From positions 1-64,000 of IMG/VR virus record IMGVR_UViG_3300037692_000137: a DNA stretch of 64,000 nucleotides; one strand, written 5' to 3'. Under the pieces are notes generated by a model. The model was given only the letters and a program-made list of their open reading frames with translations, was not told the origin of the DNA and ran no database searches. Source of the stretch: a virus. Lineage: Duplodnaviria; Caudoviricetes. Positions 53,307 to 63,908 of this stretch are shown piece by piece (the first letter of the stretch is position 1; each line of letters opens with the position of its first letter). The position numbers were made by a program, and so were the translations under genes.

Positions 53307-55823
53307 CTAGTCACAACGAGAGTATGAACAACTTACACACTTAATACAGCTCTCTGATCTTACTAGGCCGTCTTCTCCACATACTGGACATACATTGGAA
53401 CTCTTTTCATATCTATACTGTTTTATGTATGAACTTAAAACTCTTGCTACTACCGCACTAAAATCAGTTATCTCACCATTAGCTTTACGTAGTTGTTGTT
53501 GAATAAACTCAAGTGGCGTACCATGTCGCAGTGCCAAACTAATTAAACGTGTTAAAGCACGTTGGTTAGATGTCATTAAAACATGTGCTAGATCTTTATA
53601 TTCTACCTCAGCCTGTCTAATGGTTATTTCTAAAGAGTACTTACCTCCGCCCTTTTTAACTATTTTACCTGATTTACATGTCTTTGGTACATACAAGCCT
53701 TCTTCTACCTCGCCCGCGAAAATTTCGTAAGGATCACCTTCCATAAGCCCAATAATAACAAGCCATGGAATACCTCTAACAGAGCAGTGGTGGATACTAC
53801 ATTCCAACGAGTCAGGCCTTTTAGGTGCACAAACAGGCATTATACGAGCGGGCCTGTTTTCTGGACTACATAATGGTTGCACTGGTTTATTATCAAACTT
53901 AGCTTTGTTTGTTATTGGATCTTCAAATATAAGAATACCTTCTCTAGAACCATCAACGTACACGGCTACAGCCCTAACGTCATTATCATAAGCGGCCATA
54001 TAAATATCTTCTACATCTTTTATAGTGGCTGTACTTGGTAAATTATATGTACAGCTAATAGAAGCATCCAGCCATTTATACACAGCAGACATAAGCTGTA
54101 TTTTTCGTTGTGGATCAATCTCATGCGCTGGTTTAAAAAACCCCTCTGGAACATATTTTTTAATTATGCTTATAATCTCTAAACCATATTTACCATCTTC
54201 ATCTAAAGTAGCGCCGCCAAAAGACACAAACCTTTCGTAGTCATTAGACTCTGGGTCCATTTTAGACATAACATACTCTCTTAACCTATCTGGCATCATA
54301 AAGTAATGTGTGTAGTTACCTTTATCAATAGCCCTTGTACGTCTCCAATAATACAACCCCATTACAGGCTCGATACCTGAAGAAATACATGGGGATGGGA
54401 AGGTACTAGAAAGTGATCCAGCAGGCGCTATACTCATATGTGCCATGTTACGCATGTACTTTACCTTAGTAGCGTCACCATCAAAGAACTCATTAACGAT
54501 ATTTCTAAAATATGTTGTATTCATATAAAGAGTTTTATCTTCAATGAGTCTAAATGCGAGTGCGTCTCCCTTCTCCTCACCTAAAGCCATAGAAGCCTTA
54601 AAAACTTGATGTGCGTAGCACTTCATAAACTTCTCTACAGCTACCGCAGCCTCCTCTGAATCATAAGCCAGATTTTGTTTTAATAGCCAGCCATGTAAAT
54701 TTGTTATACCCATACCAATTTCACGTAGTTGCTCTACAATCCATCGTTGTTGTGGTACTGGGCTTAAATTATTGCATAGCTCATAGTCAATAACATTGTC
54801 CGCCAGACGTACCATTAACGGCACTATGGCCTCCAATTCTTTTGTATACTCTTCTTCTAAAGTAGAAAAATTTTCCATATTACTAGAAGAAAGATTACAG
54901 ACAGAGTAAGGGGCCATAAACTTTTCAGAACAAGCATTACTACTATGTGGTAAGAACCTAATATCACCAGTATAGTCATAAATAGCCTTATACATAATAC
55001 TATTCTGTAAAAGATTTCTATACTGTATGCCGGGTTCAGCAGTTTTCCACGCACGTGCTGCTATGTTACTAAACAGTTTTTTAGCATCTACCGACTTGGT
55101 TATTACCTCACCAGTACCTTTTACTTCAAAGTGCAGTTCCCATTCAGTTTCAGCTTTAACAGCGTCCATAAAGTCATTAGTAATCTGAACAGATATGTTG
55201 GCATTATTTATTTTTGTAAGGTCATCTTTACAAGAAATAAATTCTTCTATATCTGGATGACTTACAATAAGTGATTCCAAGAGGGCAGGCTTACGACCTT
55301 GTTGACCGACATAATCTCCGACCCTGTTTATTTTATCCATCCATGGTACTACACCGGTAGACTCGCAAGCAGCATTACTGAGCTTACTACCACGAGGACG
55401 CAAATTTGAAAAGTCAATGCCTATACCTTGCCTATAGGCAGCGCACTTCATAACGTCGTACTCACATTGAGATATAGACTCTAGTGTATCTTCGTATAAG
55501 GGTATGGTAGTACAATTTTGTGTAGAGCTTTTTCTATTAGAACCTATACTTGACATAATACTACCGCCAGGCCGGAACCAGCCTTCCCACATTAGGGAAA
55601 ACCAAACAGCCCTGTAGTAAGAAATTTTAACTAAATCTTTTTCCATATTAGCTAAACCATCAGCTATGCGCCAAAAAACCTCGGCAGGAGTCTCCTTTGT
55701 ACCGTCTGCTTTGGTCATTGCATACTTGGCTTTAAAAATGTCAATGGAATAAGAATTATTAGAGAAGTATTCTTCTGTAGAGATATTTTTTACTTTTTCA
55801 AATTGAACATTAGGTTTGTACAT
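53307..55823 (-). CDS. nrdJ: class II (adenosylcobalamin-dependent) ribonucleotide reductase
   Basis: QNC, GIG.DFS.LRP.G, NACSE, R.IGMG, SIAPAG, SGIEP, Y.DGSR, a TSCPD-like KRP...LRHG domain and a C-terminal Cys cluster. No beta subunit nearby. Confidence 0.9.
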   Translation of the reverse strand: MYKPNVQFEKVKNISTEEYFSNNSYSIDIFKAKYAMTKADGTKETPAEVFWRIADGLANMEKDLVKISYYRAVWFSLMWEGWFRPGGSIMSSIGSNRKSSTQNCTTIPLYEDTLESISQCEYDVMKCAAYRQGIGIDFSNLRPRGSKLSNAACESTGVVPWMDKINRVGDYVGQQGRKPALLESLIVSHPDIEEFISCKDDLTKINNANISVQITNDFMDAVKAETEWELHFEVKGTGEVITKSVDAKKLFSNIAARAWKTAEPGIQYRNLLQNSIMYKAIYDYTGDIRFLPHSSNACSEKFMAPYSVCNLSSSNMENFSTLEEEYTKELEAIVPLMVRLADNVIDYELCNNLSPVPQQRWIVEQLREIGMGITNLHGWLLKQNLAYDSEEAAVAVEKFMKCYAHQVFKASMALGEEKGDALAFRLIEDKTLYMNTTYFRNIVNEFFDGDATKVKYMRNMAHMSIAPAGSLSSTFPSPCISSGIEPVMGLYYWRRTRAIDKGNYTHYFMMPDRLREYVMSKMDPESNDYERFVSFGGATLDEDGKYGLEIISIIKKYVPEGFFKPAHEIDPQRKIQLMSAVYKWLDASISCTYNLPSTATIKDVEDIYMAAYDNDVRAVAVYVDGSREGILIFEDPITNKAKFDNKPVQPLCSPENRPARIMPVCAPKRPDSLECSIHHCSVRGIPWLVIIGLMEGDPYEIFAGEVEEGLYVPKTCKSGKIVKKGGGKYSLEITIRQAEVEYKDLAHVLMTSNQRALTRLISLALRHGTPLEFIQQQLRKANGEITDFSAVVARVLSSYIKQYRYEKSSNVCPVCGEDGLVRSESCIKCVSCSYSRCD

Positions 55824-55831
55824 AGTTATTA

Positions 55832-56317
55832 TTACCCCTTGACAATGGTAGTATTAAAAGCAGATTTACCGGTAGATCCGAAGCCACCTCTTGCATCACC
55901 ATCTAGTACGTCTACTACTTCAAACGTTAGTTTGGGTTGGATCTTATTTAACCTAAATTGACAAATTCTATCATTCATTTTTATAGTGGTACCCCTTATA
56001 GCATAGGCCATAAAACGCCAAATATCTTGATCTCCGGAATATGAATTATCAACAACACCGTAGTGGTTTGCCTGTAGTATACCAAACTTAACGGCTGTGG
56101 AACTTCTTGGTACAATGTTAGCCTCATAACCGGCCGGTAGTTTCATACTCACACCTAAAGAAATTAGTTTTAAATCCCCTTGTTCAAGTGTTATATCCTC
56201 AGCTGCGCGTAAATCAATCCAATCCCCAATGCTAATTTTTTCCATACGTATTAAATCCTCAACGTGATACTTAATTTTAATTACTAATTCCTTATCACCA
56301 CATTTACAAGTTGCCAT
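55832..56317 (-). CDS. dut: trimeric dUTPase
   Basis: Motifs IDL, PRSS, GVVD.SYSG, RICQ and RGGFGSTG. Confidence 0.93.
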   Translation of the reverse strand: MATCKCGDKELVIKIKYHVEDLIRMEKISIGDWIDLRAAEDITLEQGDLKLISLGVSMKLPAGYEANIVPRSSTAVKFGILQANHYGVVDNSYSGDQDIWRFMAYAIRGTTIKMNDRICQFRLNKIQPKLTFEVVDVLDGDARGGFGSTGKSAFNTTIVKG

Positions 56318-56525
56318 TACATACCTCCGTGTTATTAATTAATTCTTCTTCTAAGACATCATGTCCGATGCCTGTAGATAAGTCTATTACTTTATAAATT
56401 ATTGAATCATTTATATATTTACCAGTAACAGTAAATACTGGTAGTATCTTGCTAGCTTTAGCTATAAGTTTAGAACAACAGAGTGTGCTTATAGCGGCCA
56501 TTACTATGCGTTTTTTATTAAGCAT
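56304..56525 (-). CDS. hypothetical protein
   Basis: ORF between polA and dut. Confidence 0.5.
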   Translation of the reverse strand: MLNKKRIVMAAISTLCCSKLIAKASKILPVFTVTGKYINDSIIYKVIDLSTGIGHDVLEEELINNTEVCNGNL

Positions 56526-56528
56526 ATA

Positions 56529-59500
56529 TTATTGTTCCTTACCACAAGTAGCACACACTAAATTTTGTCCATACTTGCCGCCGGCATCAAACTTAAATTC
56601 CTGACCACCACAACCACCCTTATCTTTATCACAGGTGCCTTTCATCCAACAGGCTGATATAAGCGCATCAGTTTCCATTGGAATAATTTTAAAGTACATA
56701 TTAAAACCATCCTTTATTGCTTGCTCTACTATCTTTGCAACTTCATATCTATATTCGTAGTCGCACTCAACAATTAGCTCATCGTGTACAGTTAAAAGTA
56801 ATTTAGCATAGTAGGGTAACACTTCTAAACGTTCTACAAGAAAAATCATGGCCTGTTTAATAGTGTCGGCATTCGAGTTATGTACCACCACACCATTGGC
56901 TGTAAAATAATGTATTTTATCACACATTAAATCATACGTATCTTCTACACCTCTATAAGTTAAAGAGGTAGCTTTACAAAAGTCAAAGTTTAAAAATTGT
57001 TCTAAATATTTTTTTTCTCTGCCTTCTGGTAATCTAATATAAAAGTGACGCCAACTGTAAAAAGAGCATTTACCTAATTTAAAGCGCCGCAAGTGTGCCT
57101 TTTCGGTAGAGGTAAATTCTGATAAGTAATTATCTGCTTTTCTTAAAGTTGCTTCTATTAATTTAGGTATAAATTCAGGCACCATACTGCCGTCACCGCA
57201 TCTTGGTGTATTTAATGCCATATTTAAAAGTTTACTTTTATCTAAAACCGAAAAACCTATCAACTCTTTAAATTGTTTATTAAATCTTTTAGGTATTTGA
57301 ATTCTATAAACCAACTCTCCGTTTTCACTATACTCCTTAAGATTAGAGTTTATGCCTAAGGAAAACAAAAGTTGCTGAATAGACTCCGCAAGCGCTTTTG
57401 AACTTGTTGTGTAGTTTGGACCACTGTTTTTCGTCATACCACCATCAGTAGAAAACAGTCCATTTAATAAAGCACCCTTGTTTTTTAAAGTCTCTGTATA
57501 AAAATAATCGGGGATGCTCTTATATCTCGCTGTAACATAATCCAAACCTACATACTTTAAGAAACCCCTTATAACAACGGAACTAGCTTGTGCCGTATAT
57601 AAAGGAGTAGTTCTATTTTTATATACAGTTCTTACAATAGGTTTGTAATTAAACACATTAAATACATAAGAATTGAATTTGTCGAATAGTTCTTTTTGGT
57701 ATTCTGGACAAATAAAACGTATATGATTATGTTCAGTATAATTACCATCACCAATTAAGCAGCCAATAATAAAAGCAAGCTCTTTTGACATCTCTTTAGG
57801 TGTAGTCTGTTCTTTATAGGTTTCTCGCCAGTGCTTTTTTTCATAAGTATACCCTGATAAATCGGACACCTTACCATCAATGGTATTCAACGGGATTAAA
57901 AAGTAGTCTTCATTTAATTTTATATTTTCTACTGCTTTTTCCTCAACACCATTTTCCGTAATCACAGGAATTTTGTGTTCTAATGTTATACCTAAATTAC
58001 TACCATTGGAAAGTTTTAAATCATACACTTTTTTCTTGCCTGAGTAAACACCTACAGCCGTATCCTTACCAAAACCAGTTTCCAAGGGTACTTGAGTGTT
58101 CACATAATTACCAATACTTCCTAACCCATTTATCTGACTGTCAAATACTAAACAACCCTGAATAGGCGCGTTCTTTGCCTGCCTTTTAACACCATTAATG
58201 ATAAATTTTCTATCTGGTGAGTCATACTTAGGTATGTCATAGAATCGTTTACGTCCTATAATAGTCTCACTATATCCTTTCCTTACGGCCTCATTAGATA
58301 AGTCTTCTAACCACTGCTTAATTTTAGGAAACATAGTAAAGTAATTAAGCATTAAGCGCTCGGCCTTCTTTTCTGATATCTTTAATCTACGACTCAAACC
58401 AAACTTGGAAAGACCATAGGCTAAACCGAAAGTAATCGCCTTTGAAGCTTTACGTTGTTCTTTAGATACCTTTTCATACTCTACATTAAAAACACCTGCT
58501 GCGGATTTAGTATGTAAATCAATACCGTCCAAGTAACAAGAAACAAACACGGGATCTTGTGACATATTACCTATGATACGTAGTTCGGCGCCGGACATAT
58601 CTGCGGTTATTAAAGCACAGCCTGGTTTAGCTATGAAGCAGCTTCTATAAATTTGTTTACCTGGTATATTTTGTAGGTTTGGGTTAGAGCTGCTTAGCCT
58701 ACCAGTTTGCATTAGTTGCTTAAAATCTGTGTGCAGTCTACCTGTAGTTGGGTGAATTTTATCCAGCAACGGTTGTCCATAAGTAGAAATAAGTTTTTCC
58801 GCTTTTCTATAAGCTAATATATTATCAATTACATTGACACCAGCGTACTTCTCAAGCTCCTCAACTGCCGTACCTTCAACCTCGATACCGTATTTTTTAA
58901 GTGCCTCCTTAAGCTGCTTAGGACTATCTATATTTATTAAAGATACACCAAATAACGTTGTTTGGTTTTCAGTAGCATCTAGTGTTTTTGTAATTTGAGC
59001 ATGGAGTTCATCTTTCTTTTTAGCTACTTCCTGCATAATCAAAAGCCAGCGCTCCGTATTAATTGTAATGCCGTTTAATTCCATCTCAGCCATGGGCTTG
59101 ACGAAATCAAATTCTAACTGACATACCTTCTCTAACGAGTGTTTAGCCACAGACAGTAATTGAGCATCACGTATTACACCTAAAGTACAAACGTCTAATG
59201 CCGCATACTCAAGTTGATAGTTTTGAAAATCCTGCTCATAGTCTGAGAAAGTACCACGAGGCTCTTTGTCCATAGCAAGCCCTAAATACCTTTGCACTAA
59301 TACGGATAATGCCGCTTTAACATAGGGTCTGCCGAGGTTTATCAGTTGTTCGGCTAACATTGTATCATATATATTGTTTATATAAAAGTTATAATGATGT
59401 TTAATCATTTTAACATCGTACAAAGCATTTTGAAGTAGTTTTAATTTAGTCCTATCTTCTAAAAGGTCCTTAAACAGCGATATATCAAATTCACTTTTAC

Positions 59501-59723
59501 CTATATCCTTTCTAATATCAAAAACAAAGGGCTGCCCTTGTACACCTAACTGTAATAAAACGAGCTTACCGTCAAAAGGAGATAAAGAGGTACCTTCTGT
59601 ATCTACCTCTATCATCTCAAATTGATTGATGTAGTCCAACGCGGCCAAGGCATCATCAAGTTTATTAATGTAAGTATACTTAGGAGCCGGCAATTTAGCA
59701 ACACTTTTATCAAAAACACCCAT
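56529..59723 (-). CDS. polA: family A DNA polymerase (3'-5' exonuclease plus polymerase) with an intein
   Basis: Motifs DTE, QN..YD, YAALD, TGRLSS.NPNLQNIP, D.S..ELR, K...FG..YG, NAPIQG+SNAD and VHDEL. Confidence 0.95.
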   Translation of the reverse strand: MGVFDKSVAKLPAPKYTYINKLDDALAALDYINQFEMIEVDTEGTSLSPFDGKLVLLQLGVQGQPFVFDIRKDIGKSEFDISLFKDLLEDRTKLKLLQNALYDVKMIKHHYNFYINNIYDTMLAEQLINLGRPYVKAALSVLVQRYLGLAMDKEPRGTFSDYEQDFQNYQLEYAALDVCTLGVIRDAQLLSVAKHSLEKVCQLEFDFVKPMAEMELNGITINTERWLLIMQEVAKKKDELHAQITKTLDATENQTTLFGVSLINIDSPKQLKEALKKYGIEVEGTAVEELEKYAGVNVIDNILAYRKAEKLISTYGQPLLDKIHPTTGRLHTDFKQLMQTGRLSSSNPNLQNIPGKQIYRSCFIAKPGCALITADMSGAELRIIGNMSQDPVFVSCYLDGIDLHTKSAAGVFNVEYEKVSKEQRKASKAITFGLAYGLSKFGLSRRLKISEKKAERLMLNYFTMFPKIKQWLEDLSNEAVRKGYSETIIGRKRFYDIPKYDSPDRKFIINGVKRQAKNAPIQGCLVFDSQINGLGSIGNYVNTQVPLETGFGKDTAVGVYSGKKKVYDLKLSNGSNLGITLEHKIPVITENGVEEKAVENIKLNEDYFLIPLNTIDGKVSDLSGYTYEKKHWRETYKEQTTPKEMSKELAFIIGCLIGDGNYTEHNHIRFICPEYQKELFDKFNSYVFNVFNYKPIVRTVYKNRTTPLYTAQASSVVIRGFLKYVGLDYVTARYKSIPDYFYTETLKNKGALLNGLFSTDGGMTKNSGPNYTTSSKALAESIQQLLFSLGINSNLKEYSENGELVYRIQIPKRFNKQFKELIGFSVLDKSKLLNMALNTPRCGDGSMVPEFIPKLIEATLRKADNYLSEFTSTEKAHLRRFKLGKCSFYSWRHFYIRLPEGREKKYLEQFLNFDFCKATSLTYRGVEDTYDLMCDKIHYFTANGVVVHNSNADTIKQAMIFLVERLEVLPYYAKLLLTVHDELIVECDYEYRYEVAKIVEQAIKDGFNMYFKIIPMETDALISACWMKGTCDKDKGGCGGQEFKFDAGGKYGQNLVCATCGKEQ
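56877..58154 (-). mobile_element. intein with LAGLIDADG endonuclease (426 aa)
   Basis: Runs CLVFDS...NGVVVHN with Ser at +1. Endonuclease motifs IGCLIGDG and NGLFSTDG. Confidence 0.92.
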
Positions 59724-59728
59724 AATTT

Positions 59729-60799
59729 TTATCCTTTAACTAGATTAACTATCTTAAACATTTTATGATAAAATATCTGCTCACCTGGTTTTCCCGTTGT
59801 ATATATCGGGTCTATAATTATATCCAGCATCATAGAAAATTTGCGAGCTTCCGCAAATTTAGTACTGCGTTTAAGACAACCAACAAAGTACCCGCATATC
59901 GCTATGCGTATACCCTCAATAGATACAGTTTTAGCTAGAACTTCATAGTGTTTACAAGACTCTAACCATTTACCTGCCATAAGAGACTTACTTAAATCAA
60001 TTATAGCTGGTGTATTCTCTGCGGCTATGCCGCCTAAAATAGTATTAGCTGAGTCTATTGTCCAGGACCCCTCATTAATAACAGAGTCTAGCGCTACAAG
60101 AGCGTCTCTAGGTATACCCTTTGTTTCAGATACAATTAAGTTTAAAACCTCCTCATTATAGACTGTGCCCTCAAACTCTAAAACATTTGTTAGAATAGAA
60201 TGTAGCTGATCTTGAGGTAAAGCATCAAAAGTTACTTTTGTACATCTACTTAAAAACGCGTTACCTCCATCTTTTTTACTCTGTAGTTCTTCTGGCCTGT
60301 TTGTACAAAATATAAAGTAGATATAAGAATACCCATCTTCAGCATCCTTTAATAGTAGATCTTTAGCTGCAGCTGTGAGCATATGAGCCTCATCAAAAAT
60401 GATGACTTTGTTTCTAGAATTAAACGGCGCAAATGGTAGGGTATCCACAATGTCGCTCATATCAGACTTACCGCCATCCTTACCTACATTATGCTCTGTA
60501 ACATCCATACTACTACCACTTAGTATGGAAAGGCATGACGCACATTTTAAACAAGGTTGTGATGTAGACGTAGCTACAGATTCACAGTTTAGCCCCATGG
60601 CTACTATGCGTGCTGCAGTCGTTTTACCTGTACCGGCCGGACCACTAAATAATAACGTATGCGGTAGCTTATTACCATCTAAATAATTTTTTAACGTGGT
60701 TTTACTTACATTATTACCTACAAGCTCATCTACAGTACATGGCCTGTAAGCTGTCTGTAAACTATTACTTCTATTCTTTGATAATCTTTTTATTAGCAT
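59729..60799 (-). CDS. dnaX: DNA polymerase III gamma/tau-like clamp loader subunit
   Basis: Motifs YRP...ELVG, GPAGTGKTT.AR..A..LNC, PC..C..C, DEAHML, SRC and G..RDA. Confidence 0.88.
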   Translation of the reverse strand: MLIKRLSKNRSNSLQTAYRPCTVDELVGNNVSKTTLKNYLDGNKLPHTLLFSGPAGTGKTTAARIVAMGLNCESVATSTSQPCLKCASCLSILSGSSMDVTEHNVGKDGGKSDMSDIVDTLPFAPFNSRNKVIIFDEAHMLTAAAKDLLLKDAEDGYSYIYFIFCTNRPEELQSKKDGGNAFLSRCTKVTFDALPQDQLHSILTNVLEFEGTVYNEEVLNLIVSETKGIPRDALVALDSVINEGSWTIDSANTILGGIAAENTPAIIDLSKSLMAGKWLESCKHYEVLAKTVSIEGIRIAICGYFVGCLKRSTKFAEARKFSMMLDIIIDPIYTTGKPGEQIFYHKMFKIVNLVKG

Positions 60800-61293
60800 A
60801 GATGTCTCCGATCAATCTCACTCTTAAGTAATTCGTAAATTTCATATAGAACACCACCGCCAGAGGGGGTATTTAAACATAAGGCCACTTTACTTTTTAT
60901 ATTTTTATTAGCATTGCTTGGACACACTGAGAATGGTACCCTATTTATGCATGGCAGGTCACTTCTGCCAAAACCTACATAAAGCATCTCATCTAATGTT
61001 ATCTCATAGCGCTGTAATATTTTAGTAATAAAGTCTAATTTATCTTTCTCTGCCCAGTAAAAAGGTATATTTTTACGTCTAAATAAGTTGTAATTTATAT
61101 ACTGATCTTTAGCTAAAAAAATAAATTTAAATGTCTTTTTTAATTCATTTACAATATCCAGATCCTGGGAGTTAAAAGTTTTAAATGGTACATTACCAAG
61201 CTCATCGTAAGTAATTAACCCATCTGTTACTATGCCATCAACTTCACTTACTATAACTTTTAGTTTAGTTAAATACTCATCAATGTTAATCAT
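60793..61293 (-). CDS. KdsC-like HAD-family protein
   Basis: EVDGIVTDG, K, YVG....DLP, CP.NA and GGG...E. The first catalytic Asp is replaced by Glu. Confidence 0.75.
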   Translation of the reverse strand: MINIDEYLTKLKVIVSEVDGIVTDGLITYDELGNVPFKTFNSQDLDIVNELKKTFKFIFLAKDQYINYNLFRRKNIPFYWAEKDKLDFITKILQRYEITLDEMLYVGFGRSDLPCINRVPFSVCPSNANKNIKSKVALCLNTPSGGGVLYEIYELLKSEIDRRHLC

Positions 61294-61304
61294 ATTTAAT
61301 CCTA

Positions 61305-61964
61305 TTAATTATAAGAAAACTTTAATTTAATCATTGTGTCCTCTGCTCGGCCCCAAAAGTACTCTAAATCTTTCTGTCCGAAAACCAAGCGCCACACACC
61401 CACGTCTTTAAATAAGGGTTTATATAAAGTTAAATCCTCCAAAGGTTCTATAAGCTTATTACGAGGTTCCAATTTAAAGTAGTCACCTATGTGCATTAAC
61501 ATGGCGGTACCATCTATAAGCATCATGTCGTAGTTAACAAAATACATTTTATCTAAATTGCTATTAATAAACCCCTGAACATGATCTACCCAATACTGCA
61601 CTGGTTCCGAAAACATCCTTGGATCTAGAGGATTTTTAGTTTCTGCGGTCTTTTCAAACAAATCTTTATCGCTGTAAGCTTCTATATAGCCCATAATGTA
61701 CTGCCTAAAAGTCTTTCCTTCAAAGTGTTTTTTGGTTCCGGGCTGTTGTTTCCAATATTCATAGCAGTCGTACAATACATCTCTACCGTCCCGTACAACA
61801 TATAGAGTTAAATCACTATCAGTGATAGCTTTAACCATACTATCAGAGAAATGCCAGTGATTCTTGTCAAAATCATTACAATAATAGTTAGCCATTATGC
61901 TCCTAACAACATAAGAAGCGCCGGATTTTCTATGACAAAAAACTCTATTTATGTTCTTGCTCAT
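61305..61964 (-). CDS. PAPS-dependent sulfotransferase family protein
   Basis: RKSG (5'-PSB-like), VVRDGRDV (3'-PB-like), YW..H and G.WR..F. Confidence 0.75.
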   Translation of the reverse strand: MSKNINRVFCHRKSGASYVVRSIMANYYCNDFDKNHWHFSDSMVKAITDSDLTLYVVRDGRDVLYDCYEYWKQQPGTKKHFEGKTFRQYIMGYIEAYSDKDLFEKTAETKNPLDPRMFSEPVQYWVDHVQGFINSNLDKMYFVNYDMMLIDGTAMLMHIGDYFKLEPRNKLIEPLEDLTLYKPLFKDVGVWRLVFGQKDLEYFWGRAEDTMIKLKFSYN

Positions 61965-63129
61965 TTTTATGCCCCCATAGTATCTTTGGCATAACTACAG
62001 ACTTCAGTTCTTGCGGTATCGTGTTTTTAATAACCGACATTGTGTACTCTATTTCTTGTTTTATACTTCTTGTTGGATTATACCCTAAACTTGGTAAAAT
62101 GTCAACTACATAATTATAGTAATGTGCTCCTGTGTACTCACTTCGTGGTGAAGGTATGTGTTGTTTGGAGCTGGGTACTCCTAGCTTAATAGCAACTTCT
62201 TCAACCAATTTAGTTATCTCCATGATTGAGTGCCATTCAGACAGCTGATTCCACACCTGTACCTTACCTGGGTTAGGTGGATTATTAACAGCTATTTCCA
62301 ATGCTTGAATACTGTCATTCAAAGATATAAAGCCTCTTTGGTGTAGACCCTCCCCATAAATTGTCATTGGCACACCAAGTAGTGTTTGTACAATAAAACG
62401 ATTAATAACAGTACCTCCAGCCTCATCACTATCAAGTCTACTATATACTTTGGTCTCGTCTATTTCGTCTGTATAGGAACCAAAAACAACAGACTGTTGT
62501 ACATCTGTACATTTTAAGTTCCAGGTGCGAGATAAAAAATCTATTAAGTAGGTAGACGCTGTTTTAGAACAGTGATAGATACTACCAGGCCTTCTTGGGT
62601 AAATCATCTCATTAGAAGTACGGCCTTTGTGATTAATCTTAATATAGCCTTCCTCAATATCTATGTTACTATAATGATCATACTCGCCCGTTGTGCCTAT
62701 TGTAATATAGTGTGCATTGGGGATATGTTTTTTTATTGCCCACAATAAATTATTTGTGGGTATAATATTGTTTACTAAAGTAAATTCAGCCTTCTCTTGT
62801 GAGATTTGGCTAAAAGGTGCTGAAGGTATATGGGCTAAGTTAATGACGGTGTCTGGTTTATATGTTGCAATTAAGTTCTCTACCTTAGTACTATCTGTTA
62901 ATAAATCAAAAGAATAGAATGTAAATTCACCTAGCTCATTAAGCCTACTAATCTTTTCTACCATTGGTAGTATGGGTGTAGCAGATTTAGATCCCATTAA
63001 ATCTTTTACCCAGAATCTACGTAAAAAGTTATCTACACCAACTACTTTAAACCCTTTGTTTAGTAAACGTTGAGTTAAGGCATTGCCAATGTAACCATCA
63101 CATCCTAACAATAATACTGTCTTATTCAT
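61945..63129 (-). CDS. sqdB: UDP-sulfoquinovose synthase-like SDR (SqdB/SQD1/Agl3 family)
   Basis: Motifs G.DGYIG, VDN..RR, HIPSAPFS, GT.GEY, PGSIYH.SK, GTVINRF and YG.G...RGF. Confidence 0.8.
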   Translation of the reverse strand: MNKTVLLLGCDGYIGNALTQRLLNKGFKVVGVDNFLRRFWVKDLMGSKSATPILPMVEKISRLNELGEFTFYSFDLLTDSTKVENLIATYKPDTVINLAHIPSAPFSQISQEKAEFTLVNNIIPTNNLLWAIKKHIPNAHYITIGTTGEYDHYSNIDIEEGYIKINHKGRTSNEMIYPRRPGSIYHCSKTASTYLIDFLSRTWNLKCTDVQQSVVFGSYTDEIDETKVYSRLDSDEAGGTVINRFIVQTLLGVPMTIYGEGLHQRGFISLNDSIQALEIAVNNPPNPGKVQVWNQLSEWHSIMEITKLVEEVAIKLGVPSSKQHIPSPRSEYTGAHYYNYVVDILPSLGYNPTRSIKQEIEYTMSVIKNTIPQELKSVVMPKILWGHKNEQEHK

Positions 63130-63138
63130 TAGTGCTCC

Positions 63139-63906
63139 TTATTTTATGTCGAGCGCAGCTCTAAAAAGTTTTGATATTAAGAGATCACTTTGCAAAATCC
63201 CTTCTAGGTCATGTTCTAAAATAGAGTAGTCCTTGTGTTTACTAAACAATGAGTTGAACAATGTGATGGCTATCGGTCTAGAATCCATAATAAAGTCAGA
63301 CCCCTTGTTACTAAAAAATACTTGCCAATCTTCCCAAATGACCGGGTGAAACTTGGATTCTGGTAGCAATGCATAATGGTTAATATTATTGAACACGATA
63401 GGGCTCAAAAGTCTTAGGCCCAATTCTCCCCAGTAAAATGAAGTTTTGCTATCTATTAAGGTTTCTTGGGCTTTTAGATACTTAGTTATTATGTGCCCAC
63501 CTTCTACTGAAGCCATAAAACCATTACTTATACCATCAATTGTTCTAGTTTTATGGCAAGCCATAAATCCTTTTTCATTTATAACTTCCAGTAATGGTGT
63601 AAAGTCTTCGAGCACGATAGTGTCGGCGTCAAGCCACACCCCGCCATACTTATGAAGTAGAGCTGTTCTTATATATGCAGTACGTATAGCTATGTTCTTT
63701 GGCGAGTCTACTGAACTGCTGTCATGATGCAGCTCTTTGTACCTAGGATTTATTTCGGGTAAATAAGCCTCAACATTAGAGGGGTTTACAAGCATTATGA
63801 CACACTGGCTACCGCAGTTGGCTTGCATCGACTCAATGCATAGTTTTATATAGGCTGGCATGTCTTTTCCGGGCAGGTTTTCCCAATATACCCATATCAT
63901 ACACAT
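63139..63906 (-). CDS. glycosyltransferase, GT32/capsular polysaccharide synthesis type
   Basis: IWVYW, C..S, IR..LL.KYGGVWLDAD (DxD), N.FM and G..LL. Confidence 0.85.
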   Translation of the reverse strand: MCMIWVYWENLPGKDMPAYIKLCIESMQANCGSQCVIMLVNPSNVEAYLPEINPRYKELHHDSSSVDSPKNIAIRTAYIRTALLHKYGGVWLDADTIVLEDFTPLLEVINEKGFMACHKTRTIDGISNGFMASVEGGHIITKYLKAQETLIDSKTSFYWGELGLRLLSPIVFNNINHYALLPESKFHPVIWEDWQVFFSNKGSDFIMDSRPIAITLFNSLFSKHKDYSILEHDLEGILQSDLLISKLFRAALDIK

Positions 63907-63908
63907 AA

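Noticed and set aside
9881-63655. + strand ORFs within the - strand region (e.g. 20500-20928, 26409-26810, 29722-30255, 33523-33726, 42924-43115, 47917-48198, 50741-51076)
   Set aside because: They lie antisense to recognisable genes or to better small ORFs with an RBS, and have no supporting motifs.
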